Shown here: piece by piece, positions 19,601-28,762 of the stretch
How positions within the stretch are numbered: the first letter of the stretch is position 1
How the letters are laid out: every line of letters starts with the position of its first letter
Origin: Chitinophagales bacterium
GTDB taxonomy: Bacteria; Bacteroidota; Bacteroidia; Chitinophagales; JADJOU01
NCBI GenBank assembly: GCA_044368655.1
Contig: JBIPPB010000001.1
Coordinates: forward strand, 75,317 to 139,316
Direction: 5' to 3'
DNA length: 64,000 bases
Position numbers and translations under genes: made by a program
The notes under the pieces: model-generated
What the model saw: the letters and a program-made list of their open reading frames with translations, nothing else
Told to the model about the DNA's origin: nothing
Databases searched by the model: none

Positions 19601-22600
19601 AAACTGTATTGGCAGCTAAACTTGTTTGATTAAATGTAAAAGGAGCTGTATAATAATTTCCAACAACGGTTCCTCCCAAAGCAGAACCCGAAGCATATAA
19701 AGTACCATCAACAGGCGCAGTTGGGGTAAATGTTCCTGTATAGCGAACGACTAAATATCCAGTTGGGTTACTTGAGGCTGGATCAAAATTTGCGGTAAAC
19801 GACGTTGTTGTTTTGTTTGATGCTATAAAATTACTAGCTTGGTCTGAAGGTGTGGTACATGGAACAGCTTCACCAAAACCTAAAAATCCTGTATAACTTG
19901 CTACTGGAATAGCAGCAGCTGTTGATAAAACACCAGCAGTAAAAATTGTAGCTAAAGGCAATGCTTCATAAGTACCGGCAGAATTAGTAGATTGTAGCAT
20001 TTTACTAGTACTCAATATACTTGCATTTGATATTCTAACAAATACATTGGTAAGGTTGGCTGCACCAGTAATAGGAATAGCTTCATATCTTGCAGCACCT
20101 AAAGAAGTTATACCGCTACCTAATGTGCCTGAATTAGAAGTAAATGCTTCACCAGTAAAAGTTACAGAACCGCCCGCAGTTGTTGTTGGGTCAATAAAAA
20201 TAGGTGTATAAAGACCTCCTTTGCCCACTGGTAATACGGTTACATTAGTGTAAGTACCACTTGCCGTTCTGCTTGCTGCAAAAGTTCTATTGAAAGGTCC
20301 ATTAACCATATTAGTGGCGGATGGTGAACCAGACAAAGTACCTGTGCCAGCTAAGCCTAAAATGTTTCCTGTAGAAGTATTTATAATACCAGCTGTCATG
20401 GTTAGTGTAGTTAAAACATCTAAATTGCCCCCAGCAATAGTTAACCCACTTGTATTAGTTATTGTTGCATTAGTTACTGTTCTTGTTGGTGGAACCTCAA
20501 AACCAGAAGTATAAGCAGTACTTGTTTGAGAGTAGAATATAGATATTGTTCCCGTACCCAAATTCCAAGTTGGCGATTGATCAAATGAACCACCTGGTAA
20601 AGTATTTCCTGCAGATCCTACTTGAACAGCACAAGCCAATGCAGCACCTGTTCCTATCGTTAGTTTATTACTGTTGGTAATAGGAGCCGTAAATAAATTA
20701 ACTCTTAATACAGGAATTTGATTGGTGTGTGAAATTGTAATACCTCCCGTAGTTTGACCGCCTAATGATATTAAAGGCGAAGACACCGTACCTGATCCAG
20801 CAAAAGCTAAAGGCGCATTGGTAGGAGAAAAGAAATTTAAGGCAGCTCCTGTTGTTCCGCTACTTCCGATAATTGTTCCATTATTGGTAAACGTTGCTCC
20901 TCTTTGGCTGAACGTACCCGAAGTTGCAGATAAATCAAGAGTTGTACCTGAATTAATTGTTGTATTTCCTAAAACATTGACAATTCCTGAAGAACTTGCG
21001 TGCTGAAATGTACCCGAATTAATATTTAAGTTACCATTAACTGTTAAAGTACCTGATGTTGTAGCTCTGAATATGATACCAGTAGGTACGCTTACGTTTA
21101 AATTTCCTTGAATTGTAACCGTACTAGTAGTAAAGACAGAAAATGTTCCTGTTAAAGTAGGTAAATTAAAGGTAAGATTTCCAAAAGATTGAACAGCTCC
21201 TGTAATAGTAGGAGCACTAGTAGAAGATCCTGACATAGTTACATTCGAAGACGCTCCCCAGGTTGAAGTAGGTATGAAACAGGCAGTAGTAAACCCAGAG
21301 TGATTATAATTACTTCCATTTGCAAAAGACAATGTAGCTGCAGAACCTGTTAAACACCCACTACTTCCTGCAATGGCATTGTTTACCACACCTGTTGCTG
21401 AAACTGTTACTAAAGTTCCTGTGCCACCTGTAGTTGTTATGGTATTATTTGTAGAACCACCCGCGTTATAAGTTCCTGAGATATCGCCTGTATTGCCTGT
21501 CCCAGAAAAGGCAAAAGCAATGTGATTTGTAGCATTAGTCAAATTTAAGGTACTGCCGTTTTCAATCATAAAATCATCAGCAGGACCACCAGAAATAGTT
21601 AAAGTCCTAATTGTAGTGGCAGAAGATGCTAAGGTTAAGTTAGTGTTGCTTGTTACTCTAAATTGTCCTAACGTAAAAGATGTTCTATCTACGGAGATGC
21701 TTAAATTTCCACCTGCGGTTGTACCAGCACCATCAATAATATGCACATCGGTGGTAGCCCATGCAGTAGGTGTGGCACCTGTACCATCTGCTGCGGTATT
21801 CCAGTTTGAAAATGTATTCCAAAGTCCGCCAGTAGCACCCACCCAAAAATAAGTAGCTCCTGCAGGGGTGGCTTGAGAACCTGTAATGCCAGTGCTTTCT
21901 ACACCTTCGCTCACTGCCACTACTCTAAAGGTATAGTTTGTTCCTGGAGTTAAACCAGTTAAAGCAAGTGTATTGGTGCCTAATGCTACATTTGTGTTTA
22001 CAGGAAAAGTAACCCCACCATCTGTAGAACGTTGCACAACATAACGTACAATACCTGTAGTAGGCGATGCTGCTGTCCAGTTGAGTGTCATGCCTGTTGC
22101 AGTAACACTTGCAAAAGTAAGGTTGGTAGGGCCTGCTACTGATGCTACATTAGGCGTAAAAGTAAACATTCTATTCGCTAAATTGGCGATGGCTATACTC
22201 GCTGCAAAACTATTTGTAGTAGGTGATGTTGCAGAAGTATTTACCGTGGGTGTAGTCGCTACGGTTACAAAAGCAGAGGCATTGGCTGTACTTCCTGAAC
22301 TGTGAAAAATTGATCTTGAGGTTGTAGAACTACTAGAGTTTAAAATATTCCCATAAATATATTCAAAAACACCAGTAGTTTCATTCAAAACTAACTGCAT
22401 ATTTCCAGAACTGGCAGGGTCTGTCCAATGGGCGTAAAAATTATTCCATTCAATAATTAGTTTTCTATTAGGAGCTGAACCTGTAACTAAAAAAGACATG
22501 CCGTTACCTACTTCATTATCACCTGCCATGGGTGCTAGGGTTACCGTACTTGAAGTGTAAGAAGAAACTGCACTTCCTCCAATAGCAGAAGCACCACTAC

Positions 22601-22904
22601 TGGTATGCAATCTTGCTTGTCCGTTACTGTTTACACTAATATGAGAAAATACATTTCCCATATAGACAAAGTTAAAACCAATAGGGAGTACGATACTCCC
22701 CCAATCATCATTGTTACCTGTAACAAGTGATGTTGCACCAGTCATAACATTTAAACTACTAGCCCCTGTTGAAAAAGCATAATTCGCAGTACTCTGCCCC
22801 CAAACATTCCCTGTCACAAATAAAAAACAAATCAAAAGTAGGTATTTGAACCCATTCATAACTCGTTTTGCATCACAAGATGCATTCTTGTAAATTTTCT
22901 CCAT
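16044..22904 (-). CDS. giant T9SS-secreted surface protein/adhesin (2286 aa) with FN3, two NIDO-like domains and long T/S/G/A-rich repeats
   Basis: Signal peptide ...LLLICFLFVTGNVWGQ. FN3-like block PTNLTFASVTATGMTLNWTAA...YTFRVVAV. Two copies of IGFxFxxxGxxxSxxxVxxNG...EWNN, and the second copy also has IAPLWDDMD. Type A sorting domain at the C-terminus. An alternative start lies at 22859. Confidence 0.85.
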   Translation of the reverse strand: MEKIYKNASCDAKRVMNGFKYLLLICFLFVTGNVWGQSTANYAFSTGASSLNVMTGATSLVTGNNDDWGSIVLPIGFNFVYMGNVFSHISVNSNGQARLHTSSGASAIGGSAVSSYTSSTVTLAPMAGDNEVGNGMSFLVTGSAPNRKLIIEWNNFYAHWTDPASSGNMQLVLNETTGVFEYIYGNILNSSSSTTSRSIFHSSGSTANASAFVTVATTPTVNTSATSPTTNSFAASIAIANLANRMFTFTPNVASVAGPTNLTFASVTATGMTLNWTAASPTTGIVRYVVQRSTDGGVTFPVNTNVALGTNTLALTGLTPGTNYTFRVVAVSEGVESTGITGSQATPAGATYFWVGATGGLWNTFSNWNTAADGTGATPTAWATTDVHIIDGAGTTAGGNLSISVDRTSFTLGQFRVTSNTNLTLASSATTIRTLTISGGPADDFMIENGSTLNLTNATNHIAFAFSGTGNTGDISGTYNAGGSTNNTITTTGGTGTLVTVSATGVVNNAIAGSSGCLTGSAATLSFANGSNYNHSGFTTACFIPTSTWGASSNVTMSGSSTSAPTITGAVQSFGNLTFNLPTLTGTFSVFTTSTVTIQGNLNVSVPTGIIFRATTSGTLTVNGNLNINSGTFQHASSSGIVNVLGNTTINSGTTLDLSATSGTFSQRGATFTNNGTIIGSSGTTGAALNFFSPTNAPLAFAGSGTVSSPLISLGGQTTGGITISHTNQIPVLRVNLFTAPITNSNKLTIGTGAALACAVQVGSAGNTLPGGSFDQSPTWNLGTGTISIFYSQTSTAYTSGFEVPPTRTVTNATITNTSGLTIAGGNLDVLTTLTMTAGIINTSTGNILGLAGTGTLSGSPSATNMVNGPFNRTFAASRTASGTYTNVTVLPVGKGGLYTPIFIDPTTTAGGSVTFTGEAFTSNSGTLGSGITSLGAARYEAIPITGAANLTNVFVRISNASILSTSKMLQSTNSAGTYEALPLATIFTAGVLSTAAAIPVASYTGFLGFGEAVPCTTPSDQASNFIASNKTTTSFTANFDPASSNPTGYLVVRYTGTFTPTAPVDGTLYASGSALGGTVVGNYYTAPFTFNQTSLAANTVYTYKIYSFNNTGCAGPAYNATSYDETITTCGTAYSAPTSISASNITTTSMDINYTASTSAGVQDHFMDVALNSTFTNFVSGYQNIALGIPVNAGAQVFSLSGLNASTTYFVRIKAVDGAGCESSYSTTLTQASDCNAITTLPHTELFTTYLPSICWNEGLSGNIINGPSTISSTASKWSADGFLNNGSLGAARINIFSTAQINWLISPSFTIPASGYRLKYSVGATQFGATTAPTTAWETDDSVCVMISTSGYSGWSILKTFKSSNLPSHLGQTERIDLSAYSGQNIRIAFMGVEGAADGSSDIDFFVDSFIVEQTPAPTITAVTSSNACGGNTKIVIIGSEMNDISSATIGSQSLLPFDSTSSTRLLKTIATPLNGTTSITNNIATATNATNITFTNAPALSVDSNNFTICNGSSATVNVTSTLADYTSYSWSPASGVSGTTSAIFNPTATTTYTLSATNSGTGCSNMLTRTVTVDALPTTITLSQGRTTAKCFSDLDSLEVSGGVLPITSLNSYTLVPSSSTYTPLSGATAVSFVSSSTDDDISSAIPIGFSFNFAGTNYSNVYVSTNGFVSFNASAVNAPSNSLMSSSTTVRPLIAPLWDDMDLASGGASYKLEGTSPNRVFTVEWNNVRWNWQATGAVVSFQAKLYESTNNVEFLYRSDATAYNAGSTGGASVGLAGVSTGSGNFISLNNIGTAPTASMTTETNNISSKPTTGQSYLFRAPIASSVWSPTTGLFTNRAMTTAYTGTSVNKVYARPSATQKYYLTATNGACSLRDSIVDSIKNANSLITLASASTTGAVEQCADASGWTYYASAAKPDEWLFGIHKNGNTFTATVDINVDNTNKYQKSTLSNGANQEHASYIMSRYWNANITSGSIASNSSVKVRFFIDTQDITDLLDERDDDYDVLKNTTNPSTFAVKSGFEWFKTVTSTYSPTNWNGNTHSGTIVKLTEDAVGTLNGQTYVELSGITSFSGGTGGAAFGPTSNGLFNNGGVVGLPVTWNQVDVHVLEQGNELHWSTSSEQNTSHFEVEYSDDAVQFYKVSENIPAAGNSSTTQYYKFLHESEMKPWLYYRVKQVDLDGKVDYSKIVIAKRASKLPDFKVLIYPIPLIEGDLTLDIHSIAQTELQIRIIDLLGKEVHREKVPSKGYRTQHQLQLDHLPKGQYQIQIDNSVFNHQQRLVLLK

Positions 22905-23340
22905 ATTTTAAATTTTTGAGTTTCATGTTAAACAACGGAGTAAAAATACATTTTAAAAATTGATTTTTGCATTATTTCTTAATTAAAAAATGGAATTTTT
23001 AGTATTTTTTTACATTGTTTTTTTATCTAAGCATTTAAAAATAGGAGCTTTTAAACCATGCAATGATTTTTTGTTAAAAATTGTTAATTAAATAATTTTA
23101 ACTAGAAAAATTACGTTTTTATTGGTGTTTTTTTTCTGTAAACACTACACTCCTCAATGAATTGAAAAATATGTTTAACAAAAATTAACATATAAATAGT
23201 TTTATTTGAGCCATTTGATCAATGTACACAAAAGATAACGTAATATATTTTTTAATATTGAAATCTAAAAAGTTTATTTATTAATCTATAGTACATTTTT
23301 TATAATTATCCCTATTTGATTTCTCATTTAGGGTTAAATA

Positions 23341-23372
23341 AAAAGCCTCCCACAAAAAAGATTGGGGAGGCC
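23341..23372 (-). terminator. rho-independent terminator after the TonB-dependent receptor gene
   Basis: On the minus strand the sequence reads GCCTCCCC-loop-GGGAGGC (7-bp GC-rich stem) followed by TTTTTATTT. Starts ~30 nt past the stop at 23401. Confidence 0.7.
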
Positions 23373-23400
23373 ATTTCATATTAAACACTTCTTATTTGTA

Positions 23401-25608
23401 TTAAAAATGGGTTCTTAGTGTCATTCGTAATGAGCGGCCCGGCGCAGATATACCGGAAGCGAAAACTCGGTAATGCGAATCAAAAATATTTTCCAATCCA
23501 ATTTGAACCGCTAAACGTTTGGATATATCATAATTTGTTCTTAAATTTAGCATATACCACGCGGGCGTAAATCCATTCACTGGATCTGCGGATTTATCAA
23601 TGTTATCTTCGCCAATAACGCTGTAATCTTCGGAGGTTTTAGACCCATTCATCAGCATGGAAAGTTCGGCTTGAAAATTTTCTTTTAAATATTTGAGCCC
23701 AAACCTTCCTGATAGTGGAGGAATGTGGTCTAACGGCTGCTCTTTCGCATCCGATGCGGTTTGAATTCGACCATACGTAAAATTAAGATTCCCGTTAAGT
23801 TCCCAATTTTTATGGATTTCGAATTTATACGAACCATAAAGTCCATATATATTTGCGTTTGCAGCATTGCCTAAGCGCTTGTAGGCAAATGCGACCCCAT
23901 TGATGGTTTCAAATGCTTGTCCATTAACTGTTGTAGATTCATTAATAATATAATCTTCCACCCTGGTGTAGTATCCTCCAAACTCAATGGTCGCATTTTC
24001 GGCGAGCTTATTCCAAAAGTTGATTTCATAATTCATAGCCAATTCGGGTTTCACATTAGGATCGTTTACTTGAATCCAATTAACATTTTCAAAGACTTTA
24101 GAAACGTCATCTAGATTTGGCGCCCGATAACCCGTACTAAAGTTTAAGGCGATTTTGTTACTTTTGGTGGGCATTAAACTAAGGCCTGCATTGACTGAAT
24201 AAGCATGATTATTTATTTCAAATGAACCATATTTTCGATTTGTGTCGGTAACGGTTGAAGAAATTGTGTTGTAAGCGTATCTTGCGCCTAAGTTAATATA
24301 TGCCAAATCTTTGGTAACCTGCCAAATGTCTTGAAAATAAACGGCATAGCTACCGGTTCTTGAACCTCCATCAGGATAGCGTGTGGAAGCATAACTTGTA
24401 GCTCCTGTATTAATATTAAACCGTTTTACCGAACTTGATACCCAGTTATTATTGAGTTCGATACCATACGTCAATTGGTGTTGCGCAATCGTTTTGTATA
24501 CATCAAGATTTATTGAAGCGACATCCACATTTTCCATTTGTGAACGCAGATTGTTGTTGCCAAAATTACGTGTATTTCTACTTTCTTTATAATTTTGATA
24601 CGCAGCAGTTAGTCTAAAATTATCACAAAACGGCGTTCTGCTATTATGACTCAACGTGTACGCAGCCATCAATCGGGCCTCTGGGCCATAGTACCATTCG
24701 GCGCTTGTAAATCTATTGGAGGTTGGATTGGCATCAATAATTCGATTATTTACCTTTTCGGTTAATCGATCAAATCGATCAATATCACTGGAATTGGAAT
24801 ATTGAAAATTTAGTAGATGGTTTGTGTTGGCATTAGGTTGAAACAAAAACTTTTGAAGTATATTATACTGCGAATACGCCGAGCCAACTTGTAGATTTGG
24901 ATTCGGATTTGGAACCATGACATCTACGCCATTGATGCGCTCTGAATAGAATAGCCGCTTTCCCCAATTGTCATATTTAGGGTCACGAATATTTCCGGTC
25001 ATTAGGTTTCCAAAATCGGTATACGTAAAACTGGTCAAAGATGCCCATTTTTTACTTCCATAATTTAATGTAAATCCGGCAGTTTTTTCATCTTGAGCGG
25101 ATGCATAACGCATAAAGGCCTCACCCGTAAAACCTTTTCCCAGCTTTGGTTTTATAGTCATAAAATTAAGAACGCCGCCCAAGGCATCACTTCCATATAG
25201 TGTAGAGCCTGCACCATAAAACACTTCAAAACGATCCAATTGGCCGTTATCTACGCGTAAGACATTTTGTAAATGTCCACCTCGAAAAATCGCTGTATTC
25301 ATCCGAACACCATCCACCACAATGCCAATTCGATTGGCTTCAAATCCCCTAATTATAGGGCTTCCACCTCCATTCTGACTTTGTTGAACCGTTATCATTC
25401 CTGTATTTTGAAGGGCATCTCCCGTATTGCCTGCCGAATTAAATTTTAATTCTTTTTTAGTAACAATATCTATGGTTTGGGAAATTTCTTGCTTTTCCAT
25501 TTCTTTTTTAGCACCTGAAATTACGACCTCCTTAATTTGTCTTGATTCTTGCGCATTAATTTGATACATAATTAATACGTTAATTAAAACTATTGCTATT
25601 TTTTTCAT
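23401..25608 (-). CDS. TonB-dependent outer-membrane receptor
   Basis: Signal peptide MKKIAIVLINVLIMYQINAQ. Plug-domain motifs GGGSPIIRGFEANRIGIVVDGVRMN and LYGSDALGGVLNF. The beta-barrel ends ...RMTLRTHF (terminal Phe). Confidence 0.88.
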   Translation of the reverse strand: MKKIAIVLINVLIMYQINAQESRQIKEVVISGAKKEMEKQEISQTIDIVTKKELKFNSAGNTGDALQNTGMITVQQSQNGGGSPIIRGFEANRIGIVVDGVRMNTAIFRGGHLQNVLRVDNGQLDRFEVFYGAGSTLYGSDALGGVLNFMTIKPKLGKGFTGEAFMRYASAQDEKTAGFTLNYGSKKWASLTSFTYTDFGNLMTGNIRDPKYDNWGKRLFYSERINGVDVMVPNPNPNLQVGSAYSQYNILQKFLFQPNANTNHLLNFQYSNSSDIDRFDRLTEKVNNRIIDANPTSNRFTSAEWYYGPEARLMAAYTLSHNSRTPFCDNFRLTAAYQNYKESRNTRNFGNNNLRSQMENVDVASINLDVYKTIAQHQLTYGIELNNNWVSSSVKRFNINTGATSYASTRYPDGGSRTGSYAVYFQDIWQVTKDLAYINLGARYAYNTISSTVTDTNRKYGSFEINNHAYSVNAGLSLMPTKSNKIALNFSTGYRAPNLDDVSKVFENVNWIQVNDPNVKPELAMNYEINFWNKLAENATIEFGGYYTRVEDYIINESTTVNGQAFETINGVAFAYKRLGNAANANIYGLYGSYKFEIHKNWELNGNLNFTYGRIQTASDAKEQPLDHIPPLSGRFGLKYLKENFQAELSMLMNGSKTSEDYSVIGEDNIDKSADPVNGFTPAWYMLNLRTNYDISKRLAVQIGLENIFDSHYRVFASGISAPGRSLRMTLRTHF

Positions 25609-25693
25609 TCTTAAAAATATTTTTGATTTTGTAATAAAATAAAAACATAACCAATTCGAGAATTGGAAAATGTAAATTAAAAGCATTTCTAAA

Positions 25694-26230
25694 TTACGAC
25701 AAAATCATTGGCGGACGCCAAATAGAATAAATCTCCGTTTGAGAAAAAAACGAAGGATTTTTTGGGTTTTTAATAGTTATATCTGAAAAACGATTGTGTG
25801 GAGAAAACAGCGCTGCCGTTTCAAAAAATAAATTTTTAGAGTAGTCAAACCATTTTTTAGTGACTTGTTTGCTTTGTGGGCTCTTGCCTAAAAAATCCGA
25901 AACCATCCGATCCAAATCTTTAAATAAACAAGATTCTTTACTATCCCAAATGACTTGATAAAAAACACTGTCTTTAGTGCGTTTTTCCGTTACAATATCA
26001 TACATTTCATTTTGATAACGAAATTCTTTAGCGTGTTTCCAGTCCAATCTTTGAGCATCGGATTTGCTAAAACGAAGGGTCATAATCCAATCGGGACTCG
26101 CTCCATTTTTAATTTTTCTTTTGATTTCGCGTTGTATATTTTTTTGTTGAATCGAAAAAACAAGATATGAACCTACAATCGGAAGGAGTAAAATTGAAAT
26201 TAAAAAAATAGCAAAACCTGCTTTTCTCAT
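25694..26230 (-). CDS. hypothetical N-terminally anchored protein upstream of the TonB-dependent receptor
   Basis: 178 aa with a single N-terminal TM (FAIFLISILLLPIVGSYLVF). Same strand as the receptor and 85 nt upstream of it. No family recognised. Confidence 0.5.
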   Translation of the reverse strand: MRKAGFAIFLISILLLPIVGSYLVFSIQQKNIQREIKRKIKNGASPDWIMTLRFSKSDAQRLDWKHAKEFRYQNEMYDIVTEKRTKDSVFYQVIWDSKESCLFKDLDRMVSDFLGKSPQSKQVTKKWFDYSKNLFFETAALFSPHNRFSDITIKNPKNPSFFSQTEIYSIWRPPMILS

Positions 26231-26330
26231 ATTCCCTTTAATTAAAAAAATTGGGATATAACTGCAAAAATAGCTTAAAGATTATAATTTTGCTTGAAAT
26301 ATAATATCTTTGTTGTTAAAATTTGTTTCA

Positions 26331-26696
26331 ATGAAATCCTTTATAATTAAGCTGGTTGTTCTTTCTTTACTATTTTTAGGTTTTATTTTTTATGCGCCCG
26401 ACGCCTACAAAATTATAGAAATTAACACAAAAAGTGACTCTTTTTCGTATCAAGCTATTTTCATTTTTATAGGTGTTATATTGTTTTTAAACATCTTCTT
26501 AAAACCCATTTTAAAAATATTTTCTTTACCATTATCTTGTATGACTTTAGGTTTATTTTCGTTTGTTATCAATTTTATAATTGTTATCCTGGCGGACTTT
26601 TTAATCCCTGAAATACAATTTACAAGTTATTTTAATGCTTTTTTGTTTAGCATTGTTTTCTCATTTACTAGCTCTGTAATTGATTTTTTTAGTTAA
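26331..26696 (+). CDS. phage-holin-4_2 / DUF360-like small membrane protein
   Basis: LKPILKIFSLPLSCMTLGLFSFVINFIIVILADFLIP matches the conserved core of the YvlD/DUF360 family. Start taken at MKSFIIK. Confidence 0.6.
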   Translation: MKSFIIKLVVLSLLFLGFIFYAPDAYKIIEINTKSDSFSYQAIFIFIGVILFLNIFLKPILKIFSLPLSCMTLGLFSFVINFIIVILADFLIPEIQFTSYFNAFLFSIVFSFTSSVIDFFS

Positions 26697-28170
26697 TCCA
26701 ATTTCGCGATTTCGAAACGGCTAGTTTCCATTTACTAAATAATTCGGAAGCCGCTTTTTTTGAAATTTCGGGATATACATTTTTTTGAACCCATTGAGAA
26801 GCATTGGCATCTTCTTTCTTAACTTGATATTTACCCATTTGCATTCCACACATCATCGCTACGCCTAATGCCGTACATTCTTGAAATATACTTTTTCGGA
26901 TTGGTTTTTGTAAAATATTAGACATGCATTGCAATAAAAAATTACTATTGCTTACACCTCCATCTACTGCCATATCTAAAAACGGTTTTTGCGTCAAGGT
27001 TTCCATCGTGTCCATAACTTCTTTGGTTTGAAAGGCTATGCTTTCTAATGTAGCTCTTACAATATGTTCTTTTTGTGTTTGTCGCGTAAGACCAATGAGC
27101 ATTCCTCTTGCCGAATCATCCCAATAAGGTGTTCCAAGACCAGTAAATGCGGGTACCATATATACATTTTCGGTTGATGATACGGAGTTGGCCATCGCTT
27201 CCATTTCATCATAATGGTCAAAGAAATTTAAATTGTTTTTAAGCCAATGTAAGGCGGCGCCGGCATTAAAAACACTTCCCTCTAAGGCATACGTCGTTAC
27301 GTTATTAATGCGCCATGCAATCGTAGACAAAATCCCATTTTTTGGGACAAAAACCTCTTTTCCGGTATTTTGTAAAATAAAACAACCCGTTCCTATTGTG
27401 TTTTTAGCCTCAAAAGGTTTATAACATTGATGCCCAAACAAGGCGGCTTGTTGATCGCCCGCCATAGCCCTAATTTCAATTTTTACACCCTCCATTGTAG
27501 CATAACCAAAATCATAAATATTATCTTTAATTTCGGGTAAAATATCTTCTGGAATTTCATAATAATTTAATAATTCCGTGTCCCATTTTCCGGTACGAAT
27601 ATTCATTAAATTGGTTCTTGATGCATTGGAAGCATCGGTAAAAAAGGAAGCCCCTTGAGTTAGATTAAATAAAATCCATGAATCAATGGTGCCAATACAT
27701 AATTGATTTTGTTGAATTAAAGACTTTGCTTCGGGAATATTTTTTAAAATCCAACGAATCTTTGAAGCCGAAAAATAGGCATCAAAAACCAATCCTGTTT
27801 TTTGAGCTAAATAATCCGGGCCTAATTTTTGAGCATCCGAATCACAATCTTTTGCCGTTCTTCGATCTTGCCATACTATCGCTCTACAAATGGGTTTTCC
27901 TGTGTTTTTGTCCCAAGCGACAATCGTTTCTCGTTGATTTGTAATGCCAATAGCTGCAATTTCCGACGGATGTATTTTGGATTCCTTGATTACGTTTATA
28001 ATACACTCCCACTGCGATTCCCAAATTTCATTCGCATCGTGTTCTACCCAATCGGATTTTGGAAAAAATTGAGTAAATTCTTTTTGAGCCATCGAAACCA
28101 TTCGATAATTTTCATCAAAAATTAGTGCTCTACTCGAAGTCGTTCCTTGATCTATACTTAAAAAATACAT
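26689..28170 (-). CDS. glpK: glycerol kinase
   Basis: Contains MYFLSIDQGTTSSRALIFD, GITNQRETIVAWD and FHGK-family blocks throughout. Start moved to the internal ATG at 28170, which removes the overlap with nadD. Confidence 0.93.
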   Translation of the reverse strand: MYFLSIDQGTTSSRALIFDENYRMVSMAQKEFTQFFPKSDWVEHDANEIWESQWECIINVIKESKIHPSEIAAIGITNQRETIVAWDKNTGKPICRAIVWQDRRTAKDCDSDAQKLGPDYLAQKTGLVFDAYFSASKIRWILKNIPEAKSLIQQNQLCIGTIDSWILFNLTQGASFFTDASNASRTNLMNIRTGKWDTELLNYYEIPEDILPEIKDNIYDFGYATMEGVKIEIRAMAGDQQAALFGHQCYKPFEAKNTIGTGCFILQNTGKEVFVPKNGILSTIAWRINNVTTYALEGSVFNAGAALHWLKNNLNFFDHYDEMEAMANSVSSTENVYMVPAFTGLGTPYWDDSARGMLIGLTRQTQKEHIVRATLESIAFQTKEVMDTMETLTQKPFLDMAVDGGVSNSNFLLQCMSNILQKPIRKSIFQECTALGVAMMCGMQMGKYQVKKEDANASQWVQKNVYPEISKKAASELFSKWKLAVSKSRNWIN

Positions 28171-28186
28171 TAACCTGTTTTTAAAA

Positions 28187-28762
28187 TTATAAATAATATC
28201 CTGATTTTTCAATTTCTTCACGAACCAATTCGGGAACAAAATATTGTATCGATTTTTGGTTTTTAATTAAGCCTCTGATATTTGTAGAAGAAATTTGGAT
28301 TTTTGGAACCTCTAAATAAATAATTTGAGGACTATGTGGTGCCTTTTCTAGATTTGATACATTGCGATCATAAACGTATATACGATGATTTTCTATAATC
28401 TTTTCATAGTTTTTCCATTGCTTTATAGTTGCAATATTGTCGCCACCCATTAAAAGTGAAAACTCATGAAGCGGAAACTTTTCTTTTAAATACGCAAGTG
28501 TATCGATGGTATAATTTGGTTTGGGAAGCCCAAATTCAATGTTTGAGGCTAAAAATTTTGGATTATTTTGAATGGCCATTTCAACCAAAAAATAACGTTG
28601 ATTTTCGTTTAACAACTGATTGGTTTTTTTAAATGGACTTTGAGGCGATACCACAAACCAAACCTGTTCGGTATCGGATTCGTTTAAAACACTTTGTGCA
28701 ATAATCAAATGACCTATGTGAATAGGATTAAATGATCCGAAAAACAAAGTGATTTTAGACAT
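28187..28762 (-). CDS. nadD: nicotinate-nucleotide adenylyltransferase
   Basis: Contains GSFNPIHIGHL (the HxGH motif) and ISSTNIR near the C-terminus. Confidence 0.9.
   Translation of the reverse strand: MSKITLFFGSFNPIHIGHLIIAQSVLNESDTEQVWFVVSPQSPFKKTNQLLNENQRYFLVEMAIQNNPKFLASNIEFGLPKPNYTIDTLAYLKEKFPLHEFSLLMGGDNIATIKQWKNYEKIIENHRIYVYDRNVSNLEKAPHSPQIIYLEVPKIQISSTNIRGLIKNQKSIQYFVPELVREEIEKSGYYL

Noticed and set aside
16391-22305. Six plus-strand ORFs of 62-89 aa inside the 2286-aa gene, for example 17398-17667, 20290-20514, 21616-21852 and 22081-22305.
   Set aside because: They are the antisense of a T/S/G/A-rich coding region, which yields stop-poor V/P/A-rich frames. There is no start context or family resemblance.
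22905-23340. An invertible (phase-variable) promoter upstream of the giant adhesin.
   Set aside because: The best inverted repeat I could find is only 9 bp, in very AT-rich DNA, and no site-specific recombinase gene is nearby.
23401-25608. Calling the TonB-dependent receptor a haem/haemoglobin receptor, because YRAPN and DPNVKPE resemble the FRAP and NPNL boxes.
   Set aside because: The conserved His expected between the two boxes is absent (YRAPNLDDVSKVFENVNWIQVNDPNVKPE), and no haem-uptake partner genes are present. Substrate left unassigned.
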